A DNA stretch of 61,640 nt from an uncultured Blautia sp. (GCA_944384185.1 CALWSM010000001.1:1-61640); one strand, 5' to 3'; positions 48,432-58,695 are shown, numbered from the stretch's first letter. Notes: generated from the sequence alone by a model not told the origin. Numbers and translations: made by a program.

Positions 48432-50207
48432 TTGAAAAAATTCTTATCTGTAAAACGGAAATATCTTATTTTTTCTCTGTTTCCGGCAGCGGCGGCGGGC
48501 ATGGTCCTATGTCTGCTGCATTTCTTCCCCATGGACCCGGAAAATCTGCGTTTTGAAAAATACATAGATCAGATCTTTCAGGAGGAATTAAAGGGAAACA
48601 CGCTGAATCTCCACTATACGCTGGCCTATCCGGAGGATTACGGGATCCGGGACTATTCTGTCAGTCTGGGGACTATGGATCCGGAAGCCCTGGAAGCCGG
48701 CCTGGAAGAAACCGAAGTCCTGGACCAAAAACTGAAAAGCTTTCATTCTGAACAGCTTTCCCTGGAAAACCAGATCATCTATGACATTCTTTCTCTTGAA
48801 TTTTCCTCCCGGCTGTCTTTGGGAAGTTCCTATCTTCTTGAAGAGCCTCTTGGTCCGAATCTGGGGATACAGGCGCAGCTCCCCATCCTGCTGGCCGAAT
48901 ATACCTTCCGGACTTCTGCTGATATTAAAGATTATTTTTCTCTTCTCTCCCAGATCCCGGATTATTTTCAAAGCATCCTGGAATTTGAGGAAACAAAAGC
49001 CAAAGAAGATCTTTTCATGAGCGACGCCAGCGCTGACCGGATCATCCAACAGTGCCATAGTTTCATGGAAACCGGAGAAGATAATTATCTCTATTCCATG
49101 TTCCGTCAGCAGATAGAAAACCTTCTCAGAAAGAAACGGATCACCCGAAAGCAGGCGGAGGCATTTATGAAAATGCAGGAAAAGCTTATGGATCAGTGTG
49201 TCTTCCCTGCTTATCTCACTTTATCTCAAGGACTGGAAGCCCTGAAAGGACAGGGAAAAAATTCCGGAGGGCTGGCCCGTCTGGAAGGAGGGAAGGAATA
49301 TTATACGTATCTGATCCGGAGTACGGTGGGAGACTACCGTTCTTTGGAGGAGATCCTTCAATGTCTCTTTCTCCAGCTTCAAAGTGATCACCAAAACATG
49401 CAGGAACTTCTTTCTGCGGATCCCCAGCTTCTCTCCAGAGCCTATGATCTGCCCTCCTCTGACCTTTTGCCGGAACAGATGCTGGATTACCTTCAGCAGG
49501 TTATCACAGATGATTTTCCCGGACTGGAAGTAGATTCTTATGAAGTTAAATATGTGCCGGAATCTATGGAAGATTTCTCCAGTCCGGCCTTTTATCTTAC
49601 CCCTCCCATTGATACCCTTACCCCAAACACCATCTATATCAATCAGGCCAGCCAGGTATCTTCGGCAGAGCTTTTCACTACCCTGGCCCATGAAGGCTTC
49701 CCCGGACATTTATACCAGACTGTATATTTTGCCCGGCAGGAGCATCATCCCATAAGAGAGCTGCTGAGCTGCAGCGGATACATTGAAGGATGGGCCACCT
49801 ACGTAGAAGCTCTCTCCTACGATTACGCCTCTCCTTTTCTCCAAATGGATCCTGAAATCCTGGATTTACTCCGCCTGAACCGCTCTATAAGCCTGTGCCT
49901 GTATGGGATCCTGGATCTGGGAATACACGGGCAGGGATGGAACGCCCGGACAACTGCCGATACCCTTGCTGTCTTTGGGATCACAGATCCGGATACCTGC
50001 CAGGAAATCTTTCAGTATATCGTGGAGAATCCCGCCAATTACCTGAAATACTATCTTGGGTATCTGAATTTTCTGGATCTGAGAGAAGAAGCCCGGGCAG
50101 CCGCCGGCAGCAGCTTTGAACCCAGAGATTTTCATAAAAAACTTCTGGACATCGGCCCGGCTCCTTTCTCTGTGGTGGAGAAATATCTTTTCGCTGACTA
50201 TGAATAA
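48432..50207 (+). CDS. DUF885 family exported protein (putative zinc metallopeptidase)
   Basis: N-terminal TM; AHEGFPGHLYQ and EGWATY motifs; FH..LL..GP C-terminus; TTG start. Confidence 0.85.
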   Translation: MKKFLSVKRKYLIFSLFPAAAAGMVLCLLHFFPMDPENLRFEKYIDQIFQEELKGNTLNLHYTLAYPEDYGIRDYSVSLGTMDPEALEAGLEETEVLDQKLKSFHSEQLSLENQIIYDILSLEFSSRLSLGSSYLLEEPLGPNLGIQAQLPILLAEYTFRTSADIKDYFSLLSQIPDYFQSILEFEETKAKEDLFMSDASADRIIQQCHSFMETGEDNYLYSMFRQQIENLLRKKRITRKQAEAFMKMQEKLMDQCVFPAYLTLSQGLEALKGQGKNSGGLARLEGGKEYYTYLIRSTVGDYRSLEEILQCLFLQLQSDHQNMQELLSADPQLLSRAYDLPSSDLLPEQMLDYLQQVITDDFPGLEVDSYEVKYVPESMEDFSSPAFYLTPPIDTLTPNTIYINQASQVSSAELFTTLAHEGFPGHLYQTVYFARQEHHPIRELLSCSGYIEGWATYVEALSYDYASPFLQMDPEILDLLRLNRSISLCLYGILDLGIHGQGWNARTTADTLAVFGITDPDTCQEIFQYIVENPANYLKYYLGYLNFLDLREEARAAAGSSFEPRDFHKKLLDIGPAPFSVVEKYLFADYE

Positions 50208-50229
50208 AGAAAAAGCGGTGTTCAAAATA

Positions 50230-50688
50230 TCACCGATAAGCGTCAAAAAATTCCCGCAGATTCATTAAGGACTTCACCAGAACCTTCTGTTGATCTTCAT
50301 CCAGATCCTTCAATACAGCCTGTATCATACCATCGTGAAACCTCCGGTGATGTGCATTGGCCTTCCGGCCTTTCTCAGTAAGAGAGATCAGGACTACCCG
50401 TCTGTCCTCTTCGCTTCTTTCTCTATGGACATAACCTTTCTTTACCAGACTGTTAATGGCAATGGTGAGTGTTCCCACTGTAACTGACATGATCTTCGCC
50501 ACAGTGGACATATTTTTAGGCTCGTTCTCCCCGATCGCCTCAATAATATGCATATCGTTCACAGAAATATCTTTAAAATCGGAAGTGATCAAAGCCTTGC
50601 TCTCTATATCCAGGATTTCCTGAAAAAGTCTTACAAGAATATCATGCAGTACCTCGTAATTGCTCACGCCATCGCTCCTCTCTGACAT
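50230..50688 (-). CDS. MarR family regulator, FabT-like
   Basis: LV.LF..IL.IE, DISVNDMHIIEAIG, VT.GTLT.AIN.LVKKGYV.R.RSEEDRRVV. Confidence 0.88.
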   Translation of the reverse strand: MSERSDGVSNYEVLHDILVRLFQEILDIESKALITSDFKDISVNDMHIIEAIGENEPKNMSTVAKIMSVTVGTLTIAINSLVKKGYVHRERSEEDRRVVLISLTEKGRKANAHHRRFHDGMIQAVLKDLDEDQQKVLVKSLMNLREFFDAYR

Positions 50689-50751
50689 ATCAGATGCTGT
50701 TTCTTTGATGGCTTTATTATATCCGATTCAAGTATCAATTACAATCAAATT

Positions 50752-50766
50752 TTTTGATTATCAAAA
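50752..50766. promoter_or_regulatory. Candidate FabT-type operator
   Basis: Perfect palindrome TTTTGAT-T-ATCAAAA about 65 bp upstream of the MarR gene. Confidence 0.65.
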
Positions 50767-50788
50767 TATTTTTTCATTTTTCCACGAC

Positions 50789-50822
50789 GAAAAAGAGGAC
50801 TGCCGAAGCAATCCTCTTTTTC
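50789..50822 (-). terminator. Terminator after pduL
   Basis: GAAAAAGAGGA.TGC-cgaa-GCA.TCCTCTTTTTC. Confidence 0.75.
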
Positions 50823-50848
50823 ATGTCTCTATTATGAAACCAATATTT

Positions 50849-51421
50849 TTATTTCACGATCATTTCGCCGTAGCACTCTTTTCCGGGAGCCAGAGCGTTG
50901 GATTCGTCTGTGTCGATATGTGCTGCTGTAGCGTAAGAAGCGCTTACACGGACAACAACATCTCCGAATGTTAAAGAACGGCCGTTTGGAGACTCAATAG
51001 CAAGGCTTACGATCTGTTTGTCCTCTACGCCTGCGGCCTGAGCGTCTTCCGGTGTCATATGTACATGACGTTTTGCAGCGATCACGCCTTCTGTCAGCTC
51101 TACTTCCCCTGCAGGTCCGATCAGCTTACATGCGCCGGAGCCTGCGATATCGCCGGACTCACGGATAGGAGCTGTAACGCCAAGGCTTCTTGCGTCTGTA
51201 AGAGAAACCTCAATCTGCGTATCTTTTCTTACAGGACCCAGAACAGACATCTTCTGGCTTCCCTTTGTTCCTACAACTTCTACCTTTTCCTCACAGGCAA
51301 ACTGTCCCGGCTGGCTTAACATTTTTTTCACGGTCAGTTCATGTCCCTTGCCAAACAGAATTTCCAGATGCTCCTGTGATAAATGTACGTGTCTTGCAGA
51401 TGTTTCTACTAATACTTTCAT
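50849..51421 (-). CDS. pduL: Phosphate propanoyltransferase (PduL-type phosphotransacylase)
   Basis: SARHVHLS, LSQPGQFA, LGPVR..TQIEVS.TD, RESGD, KRHVHM, HIDTDE.NA. Confidence 0.92.
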   Translation of the reverse strand: MKVLVETSARHVHLSQEHLEILFGKGHELTVKKMLSQPGQFACEEKVEVVGTKGSQKMSVLGPVRKDTQIEVSLTDARSLGVTAPIRESGDIAGSGACKLIGPAGEVELTEGVIAAKRHVHMTPEDAQAAGVEDKQIVSLAIESPNGRSLTFGDVVVRVSASYATAAHIDTDESNALAPGKECYGEMIVK

Positions 51422-51466
51422 TTTGAAATCCTCCACTTAATCATTAATAATCATTCGCTATCTTTA

Positions 51467-51494
51467 ATTATAGCTTTTTCCAAAAGCTTGTCAA
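51467..51494 (-). promoter_or_regulatory. SigA promoter of pduL
   Basis: TTGACA-16 bp-TATAAT; spacer filled by AGCTTTT/AAAAGCT inverted repeat. Confidence 0.7.
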
Positions 51495-51605
51495 CGATAT
51501 CCGGGGATTTCCTGCCGGGTTTTTTGCATTTTTCATGATACAAAGCGGGCTGCCGGATCAGGTTCCGGACAGTAATAAAAAACCAGAAGTTACCGGCCTG
51601 CTTTG

Positions 51606-52253
51606 TCAGTCGGCCATAGCTTCTGGTTTTTTCTCTTTTTCATTTTCTGTAAATTTGTCTTTCAGATACCGGTACTCCTCTACGATACCCCTGGTGATCT
51701 CATCCTCCTCCTCCTGGTCGTCAGGGTGGTAGATCCGGAGCAGGGCGGAATACCTTTTATCCAGTTCTTCTACTGTTTTCAGCCCCTTAAAATAGCGGCC
51801 CCCCGTATCGTTCTCTTCCGGGTCTCTGCCTTTGTATCCGCCATCAAAGGTGGACCACTGGAAATCCGGTCTTTTATAGAACGCCTTCCAGGTCTTGGAG
51901 TTCCCCATATAAAACCGCCATATCCAGCTGCAGGCAGCCTCCAGGACCACCATTACCAGTCCCACGCCGGCAACCGGAACATAGATCAGGCCTCCGGCCA
52001 CACATATGGTGAGCACGATGGCGGCGACTCCCGGCCCGTTCCCCCGGACCTGGAGGGCAACCTCCACCAATGCAGCCAGCAGGACCACTGCCGAAGACAA
52101 AATACATACGAAAGAAACCACGGTTCCCGAAATTTTAAAAAAATACTGGACACAGCGGATCAAAATAAACGCTGCCGCCAGCGGGATTGCAAGGATCACT
52201 TTTAACACGGTCCATAAAATCTTGAGTATACGTCTGCTGTCAATTTTTTTCAT
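51606..52253 (-). CDS. Membrane protein with C-terminal J-domain-like segment
   Basis: Several TM helices, then FKG..T.EEL.KRY..L...YHPD. Confidence 0.6.
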   Translation of the reverse strand: MKKIDSRRILKILWTVLKVILAIPLAAAFILIRCVQYFFKISGTVVSFVCILSSAVVLLAALVEVALQVRGNGPGVAAIVLTICVAGGLIYVPVAGVGLVMVVLEAACSWIWRFYMGNSKTWKAFYKRPDFQWSTFDGGYKGRDPEENDTGGRYFKGLKTVEELDKRYSALLRIYHPDDQEEEDEITRGIVEEYRYLKDKFTENEKEKKPEAMAD

Positions 52254-52395
52254 ACTTATACCTGCATTTCCGAAAATATTCAAAATCTGCCCCTTCGGGC
52301 CGCATCTGCCTACAGGATTAGTTTACCATATCTGCCAGGATTTTCACAGGACAAATTTTTAACAATTTTTCAGCTGCATACATTGACAGGATATC

Positions 52396-52722
52396 TCAGG
52401 TATTGTGATCGCTCACATGGAATTTTTTCAGATTTCCGATCTTCTGCCGTCTCTCGGCCAGGATCTCTTCTACTTCCTCCAGAGAGATTCCAGACTCCAC
52501 CATCATCACAAGGAGATGATAGATCAGATCACAGATCTCGTTAGCCGTATCCTCATTTTTACCGTTTTTGGCTGCAATGATCACTTCGCTGCACTCTTCC
52601 CCGCATTTCTTCAGGATCTTATCCAGTCCCTGTTCAAAAAGATAGCAGGTATAGGAGCCTTCCCTTTTTTCTTCTTTTCTTTCCCGGACTACCTGATACA
52701 GTCCTTCCATAACATCCATCAT
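52396..52722 (-). CDS. hisE: Phosphoribosyl-ATP diphosphatase
   Basis: GSYT.YLF..G.DKILKK.GEE..E, E..DL.YH. Confidence 0.95.
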   Translation of the reverse strand: MMDVMEGLYQVVRERKEEKREGSYTCYLFEQGLDKILKKCGEECSEVIIAAKNGKNEDTANEICDLIYHLLVMMVESGISLEEVEEILAERRQKIGNLKKFHVSDHNT

Positions 52723-53051
52723 TTCTTCTCTTCCTCCCATAATTCTCTGAAAAAGCAGCTGTGGGATCCTGTGTGGCAGGCGGCGCCTGTCTGGATCACT
52801 GTGACCAGAAGAGTATCCTCGTCACAGTCTCCTTTTATGTCAACTACTTTCTGGACATGGCCGGAAGTAGCCCCTTTATTCCACAACTCCTGTCTTGAAC
52901 GGCTGTAAAACCAGGTATAGCCGGTCTCAAAAGTCTTCTTCAGGCTTTCTCGGTTCATATAAGCCAGCATCAGGACCTCTCCTGTATCCTTCTCCTGGAC
53001 GATCGCCGGCAGAAGATCGCTTTTTTTAAAATAATTTTCAATCTCTATCAT
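52719..53051 (-). CDS. hisI: Phosphoribosyl-AMP cyclohydrolase
   Basis: [28 protein letters not shown]. Confidence 0.96.
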   Translation of the reverse strand: MIEIENYFKKSDLLPAIVQEKDTGEVLMLAYMNRESLKKTFETGYTWFYSRSRQELWNKGATSGHVQKVVDIKGDCDEDTLLVTVIQTGAACHTGSHSCFFRELWEEEKK

Positions 53052-53815
53052 TTTCCATTCCTTCTCACTGGGATATTTTCTTCTCTTAAATGTTCTTTTA
53101 CCTGTTCCACCGTCAGTTCCCGGAAGTGGAACAGGGAAGCCGCCAGAGCCGCATCTGCTCCGGTTTTCTCAAAGACCTCTGAAAAATGTTCCAGCTTTCC
53201 GCAGCCGCCGCTGGCGATCACCGGAATAGAAACCCGATCGCAGACCGCCCGGGTCAGTTCCAGGTCAAAACCGTCCCGGCATCCGTCTGTATCCATAGAA
53301 GTCAGCAGGATTTCCCCCGCTCCCAGCTCCTGGCATCTTTTTGCCCATTCCAGAGCATCCAGTCCGGTGTCTTTCCTTCCGCCATGGACTACCACGTGAA
53401 AATTCCCCTTTTCATCTCTCCTGGCGTCAATGGCCGCTACTACGCACTGGCTTCCGAAAATCCTTGCCGCATCAGCGATCAGCTGGGGATTCTTTACTGC
53501 TGCGGAATTTACGGAAACCTTGTCCGCCCCGGCCCGGAGGATCTCCCGGAAATCCTCTACCGTTCCTATCCCGCCCCCCACAGTAAGGGGTACAAATACG
53601 TGCTGTGCTGTTTTTCGCACAACGTCCGTCATGGTTTTTCTTCCCTCATGGGTTGCGGTAATATCCAGAAAACAGATCTCGTCCGCTCCCTGTCTGTCAT
53701 ATTCTATGGCGCACTCCACAGGATCTCCCACTTCTTTTATCCCTACGAAGTTCACACCTTTTACTACTTTTCCATCCCTGACGTCCAGACAGGGAATGAT
53801 CCTTTTGGCCAGCAT
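53048..53815 (-). CDS. hisF: Imidazole glycerol phosphate synthase, cyclase subunit
   Basis: [33 protein letters not shown]. Confidence 0.97.
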   Translation of the reverse strand: MLAKRIIPCLDVRDGKVVKGVNFVGIKEVGDPVECAIEYDRQGADEICFLDITATHEGRKTMTDVVRKTAQHVFVPLTVGGGIGTVEDFREILRAGADKVSVNSAAVKNPQLIADAARIFGSQCVVAAIDARRDEKGNFHVVVHGGRKDTGLDALEWAKRCQELGAGEILLTSMDTDGCRDGFDLELTRAVCDRVSIPVIASGGCGKLEHFSEVFEKTGADAALAASLFHFRELTVEQVKEHLREENIPVRRNGK

Positions 53816-54534
53816 CAGAATCCACCTGCCTTCTCAATGGCTTCTTTCAGGTCAATGGCGCCGGAATAGATGGACTTTCCGCAGATACAGCCATACAGTC
53901 CCAGTCTGGCGCAGTTTTCAATGTCTTCTATAGATCTTACCCCGCCGCTGGCAATAATACGGCAGGACACTGTATCATTTAACTGTTCCAGATGATCCAG
54001 GTTCACCCCTGTAAGGGTACCGTCTCTGGAAATATCTGTATAGATCAGGGTCTTTACGCCCATCTGCTCCATGGCCATAGCCAGTTCCAGGTAGCACACC
54101 GCACTGGTCTCCATCCAGCCTTCCGTAGCCACCATGCCGTCTCTTGCGTCGATCCCCACAGCGATCTTATCTCCGAATTCTTTCACCGCCTCTGCCACTA
54201 ATGCAGGGTTTTTCACTGCTGCAGAACCCAGGATGATCCTGGAGATCCCCTCCTCCAGATAATCTTCTATTGTCTTCATATCCCGGATGCCCCCGCCCAG
54301 CTCGGTATGCAGCCCTATCTCCTTTGCGATCTTTAAGAAGATCTCTCTGTTCACAGGATAAGCGTCCTTGGCTCCGTTTAAATCCACCATATGTATCCAT
54401 CTGGCCCCCTCCCGGGCAAACTTCCGGGCTGTCTCAAAGGGATCCTCCGCCACCTTCTGGGCCGTCCCGTAGTCCCCTTTAAACAGGCGGACACAGGTTT
54501 TATCTTTAATATCAATTGCAGGTAATACTATCAT
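53815..54534 (-). CDS. hisA: ProFAR isomerase
   Basis: PAIDI....[24 protein letters not shown]. Confidence 0.96.
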   Translation of the reverse strand: MIVLPAIDIKDKTCVRLFKGDYGTAQKVAEDPFETARKFAREGARWIHMVDLNGAKDAYPVNREIFLKIAKEIGLHTELGGGIRDMKTIEDYLEEGISRIILGSAAVKNPALVAEAVKEFGDKIAVGIDARDGMVATEGWMETSAVCYLELAMAMEQMGVKTLIYTDISRDGTLTGVNLDHLEQLNDTVSCRIIASGGVRSIEDIENCARLGLYGCICGKSIYSGAIDLKEAIEKAGGF

Positions 54535-55139
54535 ACACTCACCAGCCTTGCAAAATTTTCTAACATTCTCAATCCTGTCTTCCCGCTTTTTTCCGGGTGG
54601 AATTGGGCTCCATAAACCATTCCCCGGTGTACCAAAGCCGGGATCTCCTCGCCATAAACCGTGTAGCAGGATATATTCTCATCCTCCGTTTCCGCCCGGA
54701 AGGAATGCACAAAATATACATAGGGTTCTTTCTCCATATTTTCCGTCATAGCGCAGGGATTCAACACCCTCAGATCGTTCCAGCCCATATGGGGGATCTT
54801 CAGTCCTTTGCCGTCGATCCGGACCACCTGGCCGGGGATCAGACCCAGGCCTTCTGTCTCTTTAAATTCAAAGCTTTTTTCAAAAAGCAGCTGCATTCCC
54901 AGGCAGATCCCCAGAAGAGGTTTCTTTAAAGCTTCTCTGCGGATCACCTCTGTAAGTCCTCTCTTTTCCAGCATATCCATGGCATCGGGAAAGGCCCCCA
55001 CTCCGGGAAGGATCAGTCCGTCTGCTTTTTCGATCTCTTCCCGGTCTCCGGTCACACAGTTCTCCACGCCCAGATAATCCAGGGCGTTTTTTACGCTGAA
55101 CAGGTTTCCGGCTCCGTAATCTATAATTCCTATCATCAC
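54531..55139 (-). CDS. hisH: Imidazole glycerol phosphate synthase, glutaminase subunit
   Basis: IIDYG.GNL, LGICLGMQ, PHMGWN, QFHPEKS. Confidence 0.96.
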   Translation of the reverse strand: MMIGIIDYGAGNLFSVKNALDYLGVENCVTGDREEIEKADGLILPGVGAFPDAMDMLEKRGLTEVIRREALKKPLLGICLGMQLLFEKSFEFKETEGLGLIPGQVVRIDGKGLKIPHMGWNDLRVLNPCAMTENMEKEPYVYFVHSFRAETEDENISCYTVYGEEIPALVHRGMVYGAQFHPEKSGKTGLRMLENFARLVSV

Positions 55140-55714
55140 AACACTCCCTTTGAAGAAAGCACGCCTTTGTCTGTCTGTGTCACCGCTTCCCTGAGAGCAT
55201 GGGCAAAGGCCTTAAATATGGCTTCAATCTTATGATGGTCATTTTCTCCGTACAAAACCTTCAGATGAAGAGTGATCCCTGCCTGGAAGGCCAGTGCCCG
55301 GAAAAATTCTTTTACCATACAGCAGTCCAGAGCGCCTACGGAAGGATTCTCAAAGTCTGCGTCAAAAACCAGGAACGCCCTTCCGCTGACGTCCAGGGCA
55401 CAAAATCCAAGAGCCTCGTCCATAGGGATATAGAAACTCCCATACCTTCTGATACCACCCTTGTCCTCCAGGGCTTCCTTTAAGGCCATTCCCAGAACGA
55501 TCCCCAGGTCTTCAATACTGTGATGGCAGTCCACCTCCAGATCTCCCTTCATGGCAAGATCGATATCAAAGCCGCCATGTACGCAGAGAGCCTGCATCAT
55601 ATGATCAAAAAAGCCCACTCCGCTGGTCCCCTGAAAGCTTCCCGACCCGTCCAGATTCCAGGTCAGACGGATCTGGGTCTCCCTGGTATTTCTTTCGATC
55701 TCTCCTGTTCTCAT
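55136..55714 (-). CDS. hisB: Imidazoleglycerol-phosphate dehydratase (monofunctional)
   Basis: R.T.ET.I, DCHHSIED, N.HH.IEA.FKA. Confidence 0.96.
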   Translation of the reverse strand: MRTGEIERNTRETQIRLTWNLDGSGSFQGTSGVGFFDHMMQALCVHGGFDIDLAMKGDLEVDCHHSIEDLGIVLGMALKEALEDKGGIRRYGSFYIPMDEALGFCALDVSGRAFLVFDADFENPSVGALDCCMVKEFFRALAFQAGITLHLKVLYGENDHHKIEAIFKAFAHALREAVTQTDKGVLSSKGVL

Positions 55715-55735
55715 CCTTTGCACCTCCTCTCTCCT

Positions 55736-56788
55736 TTACTGAAGCAGCTTGTCCAGAGCCTGGATCAGCTCCTGATTTTCCGCTCTGGATCCGGCGGATA
55801 TGCGCAGGTAGCCGTTCATGTTCCGAATAGAGATTCCTTTCTTTTTCAGCGCCTCAAAAATCTCGACGCTGTGTTCTGTCTTTATATACAGGAAGTTCGT
55901 TTCTGTGGGGTACAGCTTCTGTATATCCTTTTTCTTTCCAGCCAGAACCGCCATATCCCGATAAAGCTCCCGGGCAGATTCCTTGATCTGAGCCGTGCAT
56001 TTTTCCAGATATTCCCTGTGGCCCAGGATCACACAGCCAACTGCCTGGGTCATAGAGTTTACGTTATAGGGCGCCTTCAGCGTTTTCAGTATATTTGTGA
56101 TCTGCTGATTGGCTGCGGCAAATCCCAGACGGATGGCCGCCATCCCGAAAGCCTTGGAACAGGTTTTCAGGACGATCAGATTATCATAATTTTCAATCTC
56201 GTCCAGAACAGACCCCTCAGAAAATTCCATATAAGCCTCGTCTACCACCACCATAGCGTCTACGGCCCCTACGATTTTCAGGATATCCTCCCGGCTCATG
56301 ACCACTGCGGTGGGGTTGCAGGGATTGGAAAATACCAGAAGCCTGGCGTTGACCTTCGCCGCCTTCTCGATCACTTCCTCCGGAGTCACCTCCATATTCT
56401 CATCTTTGTTCAGAGCTTCTGCTTTCGCTCCCACCATCCGGGTGTAAAAAGTGTACATGCTGAAATCGGGAAGAATGGTAAGCATGGTATCTCCTTCTCC
56501 CAGAAAGTTCGGAACGATTAAAGAGATCAGTTCATCCGAACCGTTCCCCGCAGTGAGCAGTTCCGGCTTTACATGAAAGAGAGCGCCGGCCTTTTTGCAT
56601 AATTCTGCAGCGTTTGGATCCGGATAACGATTAAATTCCACTCTGGAGACAGCCTCCATGATCTCTTTTTTGATCTCCTCCGGCATTTCCAAAAAGCTCT
56701 CATTGGCGTCCAGCCGCACACGGTAAATTTCTGTTACCGGGTCATATTTCGGGAGATTTTCCAGCTTTTGGGGAAGTCTGTAGCTCAT
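55736..56788 (-). CDS. hisC: Histidinol-phosphate aminotransferase
   Basis: LDANES, NRYPD, GNGSDELI, VDEAYMEF, T.SKAFG.AAIRLG. Confidence 0.94.
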   Translation of the reverse strand: MSYRLPQKLENLPKYDPVTEIYRVRLDANESFLEMPEEIKKEIMEAVSRVEFNRYPDPNAAELCKKAGALFHVKPELLTAGNGSDELISLIVPNFLGEGDTMLTILPDFSMYTFYTRMVGAKAEALNKDENMEVTPEEVIEKAAKVNARLLVFSNPCNPTAVVMSREDILKIVGAVDAMVVVDEAYMEFSEGSVLDEIENYDNLIVLKTCSKAFGMAAIRLGFAAANQQITNILKTLKAPYNVNSMTQAVGCVILGHREYLEKCTAQIKESARELYRDMAVLAGKKKDIQKLYPTETNFLYIKTEHSVEIFEALKKKGISIRNMNGYLRISAGSRAENQELIQALDKLLQ

Positions 56789-56789
56789 G

Positions 56790-57431
56790 TTATCCTCTCC
56801 TCTCTTTTACGTCCTTTTCTACTTTGCCGATCAGTTCCTCAATTTCTCTCTTTCTCAGCTTCATGCTTGCAATATTTACGATCAGTCTGGCGCTTACCTG
56901 GCAGATATCCTCGATAACCTCAAGACCGTTCTCTTTTAAAGTGGTTCCTGTCTCCACAATATCCACGATAGCGTCTGCCAGTCCCAGCACAGGCGCCAGT
57001 TCTACGGATCCTTCGATCTTTACCAGATCCACATCCATATTCTTCCCTTCAAAGAAACTTTTTGCCACGTTCATATACTTGCTGGCAATGGTCCTGGTCC
57101 GGTATCCCTGATAGATGTCGGTTCCTTTCAGCGCAGCCAGGGCGAAACGGCACTTTCCGAATTCCAGATCCGCCACTTCGTAAAAGGTGCCTCCCTTTTC
57201 CATGATCGTGTCTTTTCCTACAACGCCCATATCGCAGACTCCGGTTTCCACATAAGTCACCACATCCGCCGCCTTTGCCAGGACGATCTCCAGGGATCCG
57301 TCCCCTATGGGCATGATCAGCTTTCTTCCTTTTTCTCTTACATTTGTACAGTCGTACCCGAGACGCTCCAGCATCTCTACCGTTTTATTTTCTAAACGTC
57401 CCTTTGTCAGTGCAATCCTAATTGGTCTCAT
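56790..57431 (-). CDS. hisG: ATP phosphoribosyltransferase, short form
   Basis: IAL.KGRL, GSVELAP..GLADAIVDIVETGTTLKENGL. Confidence 0.96.
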   Translation of the reverse strand: MRPIRIALTKGRLENKTVEMLERLGYDCTNVREKGRKLIMPIGDGSLEIVLAKAADVVTYVETGVCDMGVVGKDTIMEKGGTFYEVADLEFGKCRFALAALKGTDIYQGYRTRTIASKYMNVAKSFFEGKNMDVDLVKIEGSVELAPVLGLADAIVDIVETGTTLKENGLEVIEDICQVSARLIVNIASMKLRKREIEELIGKVEKDVKERRG

Positions 57432-58635
57432 TTTCTCCGGTTCCTTTCTCCACCTGATATTCTTCGATCTTCTCCCCTACCAGATGGACACGGAGGATCC
57501 CTCTTTTCCGGGCGTATTGCAGAGTTTCCTCCAAAGTATCAAAAACACTGTTTTCTGTCATAATCCCTTTTTCCTCCAGTTCTTTCCGATACTTAACGCT
57601 GGCCGGAATGTATTTCAGATCCTGGGTATGGACCAGGATCTTGGGTATTGGCTCCGGTTCCGGCTCGTTTACCTGGCTGGCCAGATCCACATTGAACCCG
57701 AATCCGATGGCGCAGTGGTCTTCTCCAAACTGGGCCAGAAGGGTATCGTACCGGCCTCCGGAAAGCACCTGCTCTCCCAGCCCCCGGAAATATCCCTGGA
57801 AAATGATCCCTGTATAGTATTCCGCCAGATTTACCAGTCCCAGATCGATGAGCACCTTGTCCTCCAGCCCAAGGGCCTGCAGATATTCATAAATCTGTTT
57901 CAAATAGTCCAGGCTTTCTCTGGCTCCATTTTCATCAAAAAGCTCATAGGCTTTCTGGAAAACCTCGGCTCCGCCAAATAATCTCGGCAGCTTTCTCAGC
58001 GCCCTGGCCGCCTTATTGTCTTTCGCTTTTCCAAGAGTGTCGGACAGCGCCGCATAATTTTTCTGCTCTACCAGCTGACGGATTTCCTCTTTGGTGTCGT
58101 CGTCAGCGTCCAGGCTGTCCATGATCGCCTTGAAATAGCCGATATGGCAGAGCTCCAGACGGTATTTTCCCTGGCTGACCTTATCAAGGCTTCTTGCGGC
58201 CAGTTCCACCGCCTCCAGGTCTCCTCTGAGAGGAGAACCGCCGATCAATTCAATGCCTACCTGATTGATCTCCACGCTTTTGCTCTTTCTCTCGGGAAAT
58301 CCCCGGTATATATTATGGTTGTAATAAAGCCGCAGCGGCTTAGGCAGCCCCTTCAGCCTTGTAGCCGTCAGGCGGGCCACCGGAGCTGTACAGTCCGGGC
58401 ACAGTACCATCAGCCTTCCCTTGCCGTCGGTCAGTTTATACATACACTCTTTTGGCAGATATTGCGCCGCTTTTCCGAAAACATCATAAAACTCCAAAGC
58501 CGGCGTCATCACCCGTCGGTAACCCTGGGATACAAATAAATCCTTTAATGTTTTCGTCACCTGTGAACGCTGATCACATTCACCGAAAAGCAGGTCCCGG
58601 GTTCCGTCCGGCGTTATTTTATCGTAATATCTCAT
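57418..58635 (-). CDS. hisZ: ATP phosphoribosyltransferase regulatory subunit
   Basis: HisRS-like fold (TPDGTRD, QVGIELIG, YYTGIIF, SGGRYD.L, AIGFG) upstream of short hisG. Confidence 0.93.
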   Translation of the reverse strand: MRYYDKITPDGTRDLLFGECDQRSQVTKTLKDLFVSQGYRRVMTPALEFYDVFGKAAQYLPKECMYKLTDGKGRLMVLCPDCTAPVARLTATRLKGLPKPLRLYYNHNIYRGFPERKSKSVEINQVGIELIGGSPLRGDLEAVELAARSLDKVSQGKYRLELCHIGYFKAIMDSLDADDDTKEEIRQLVEQKNYAALSDTLGKAKDNKAARALRKLPRLFGGAEVFQKAYELFDENGARESLDYLKQIYEYLQALGLEDKVLIDLGLVNLAEYYTGIIFQGYFRGLGEQVLSGGRYDTLLAQFGEDHCAIGFGFNVDLASQVNEPEPEPIPKILVHTQDLKYIPASVKYRKELEEKGIMTENSVFDTLEETLQYARKRGILRVHLVGEKIEEYQVEKGTGENETN

Positions 58636-58666
58636 TTTTATGTCCCTTTCACTTTAACGTGCTACC

Positions 58667-58695
58667 ATAGTATCATCATATAGTTTTTATGTCAA
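58667..58695 (-). promoter_or_regulatory. SigA promoter of his operon
   Basis: TTGACA-17 bp-TACTAT, with TG at the extended position. Confidence 0.8.
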
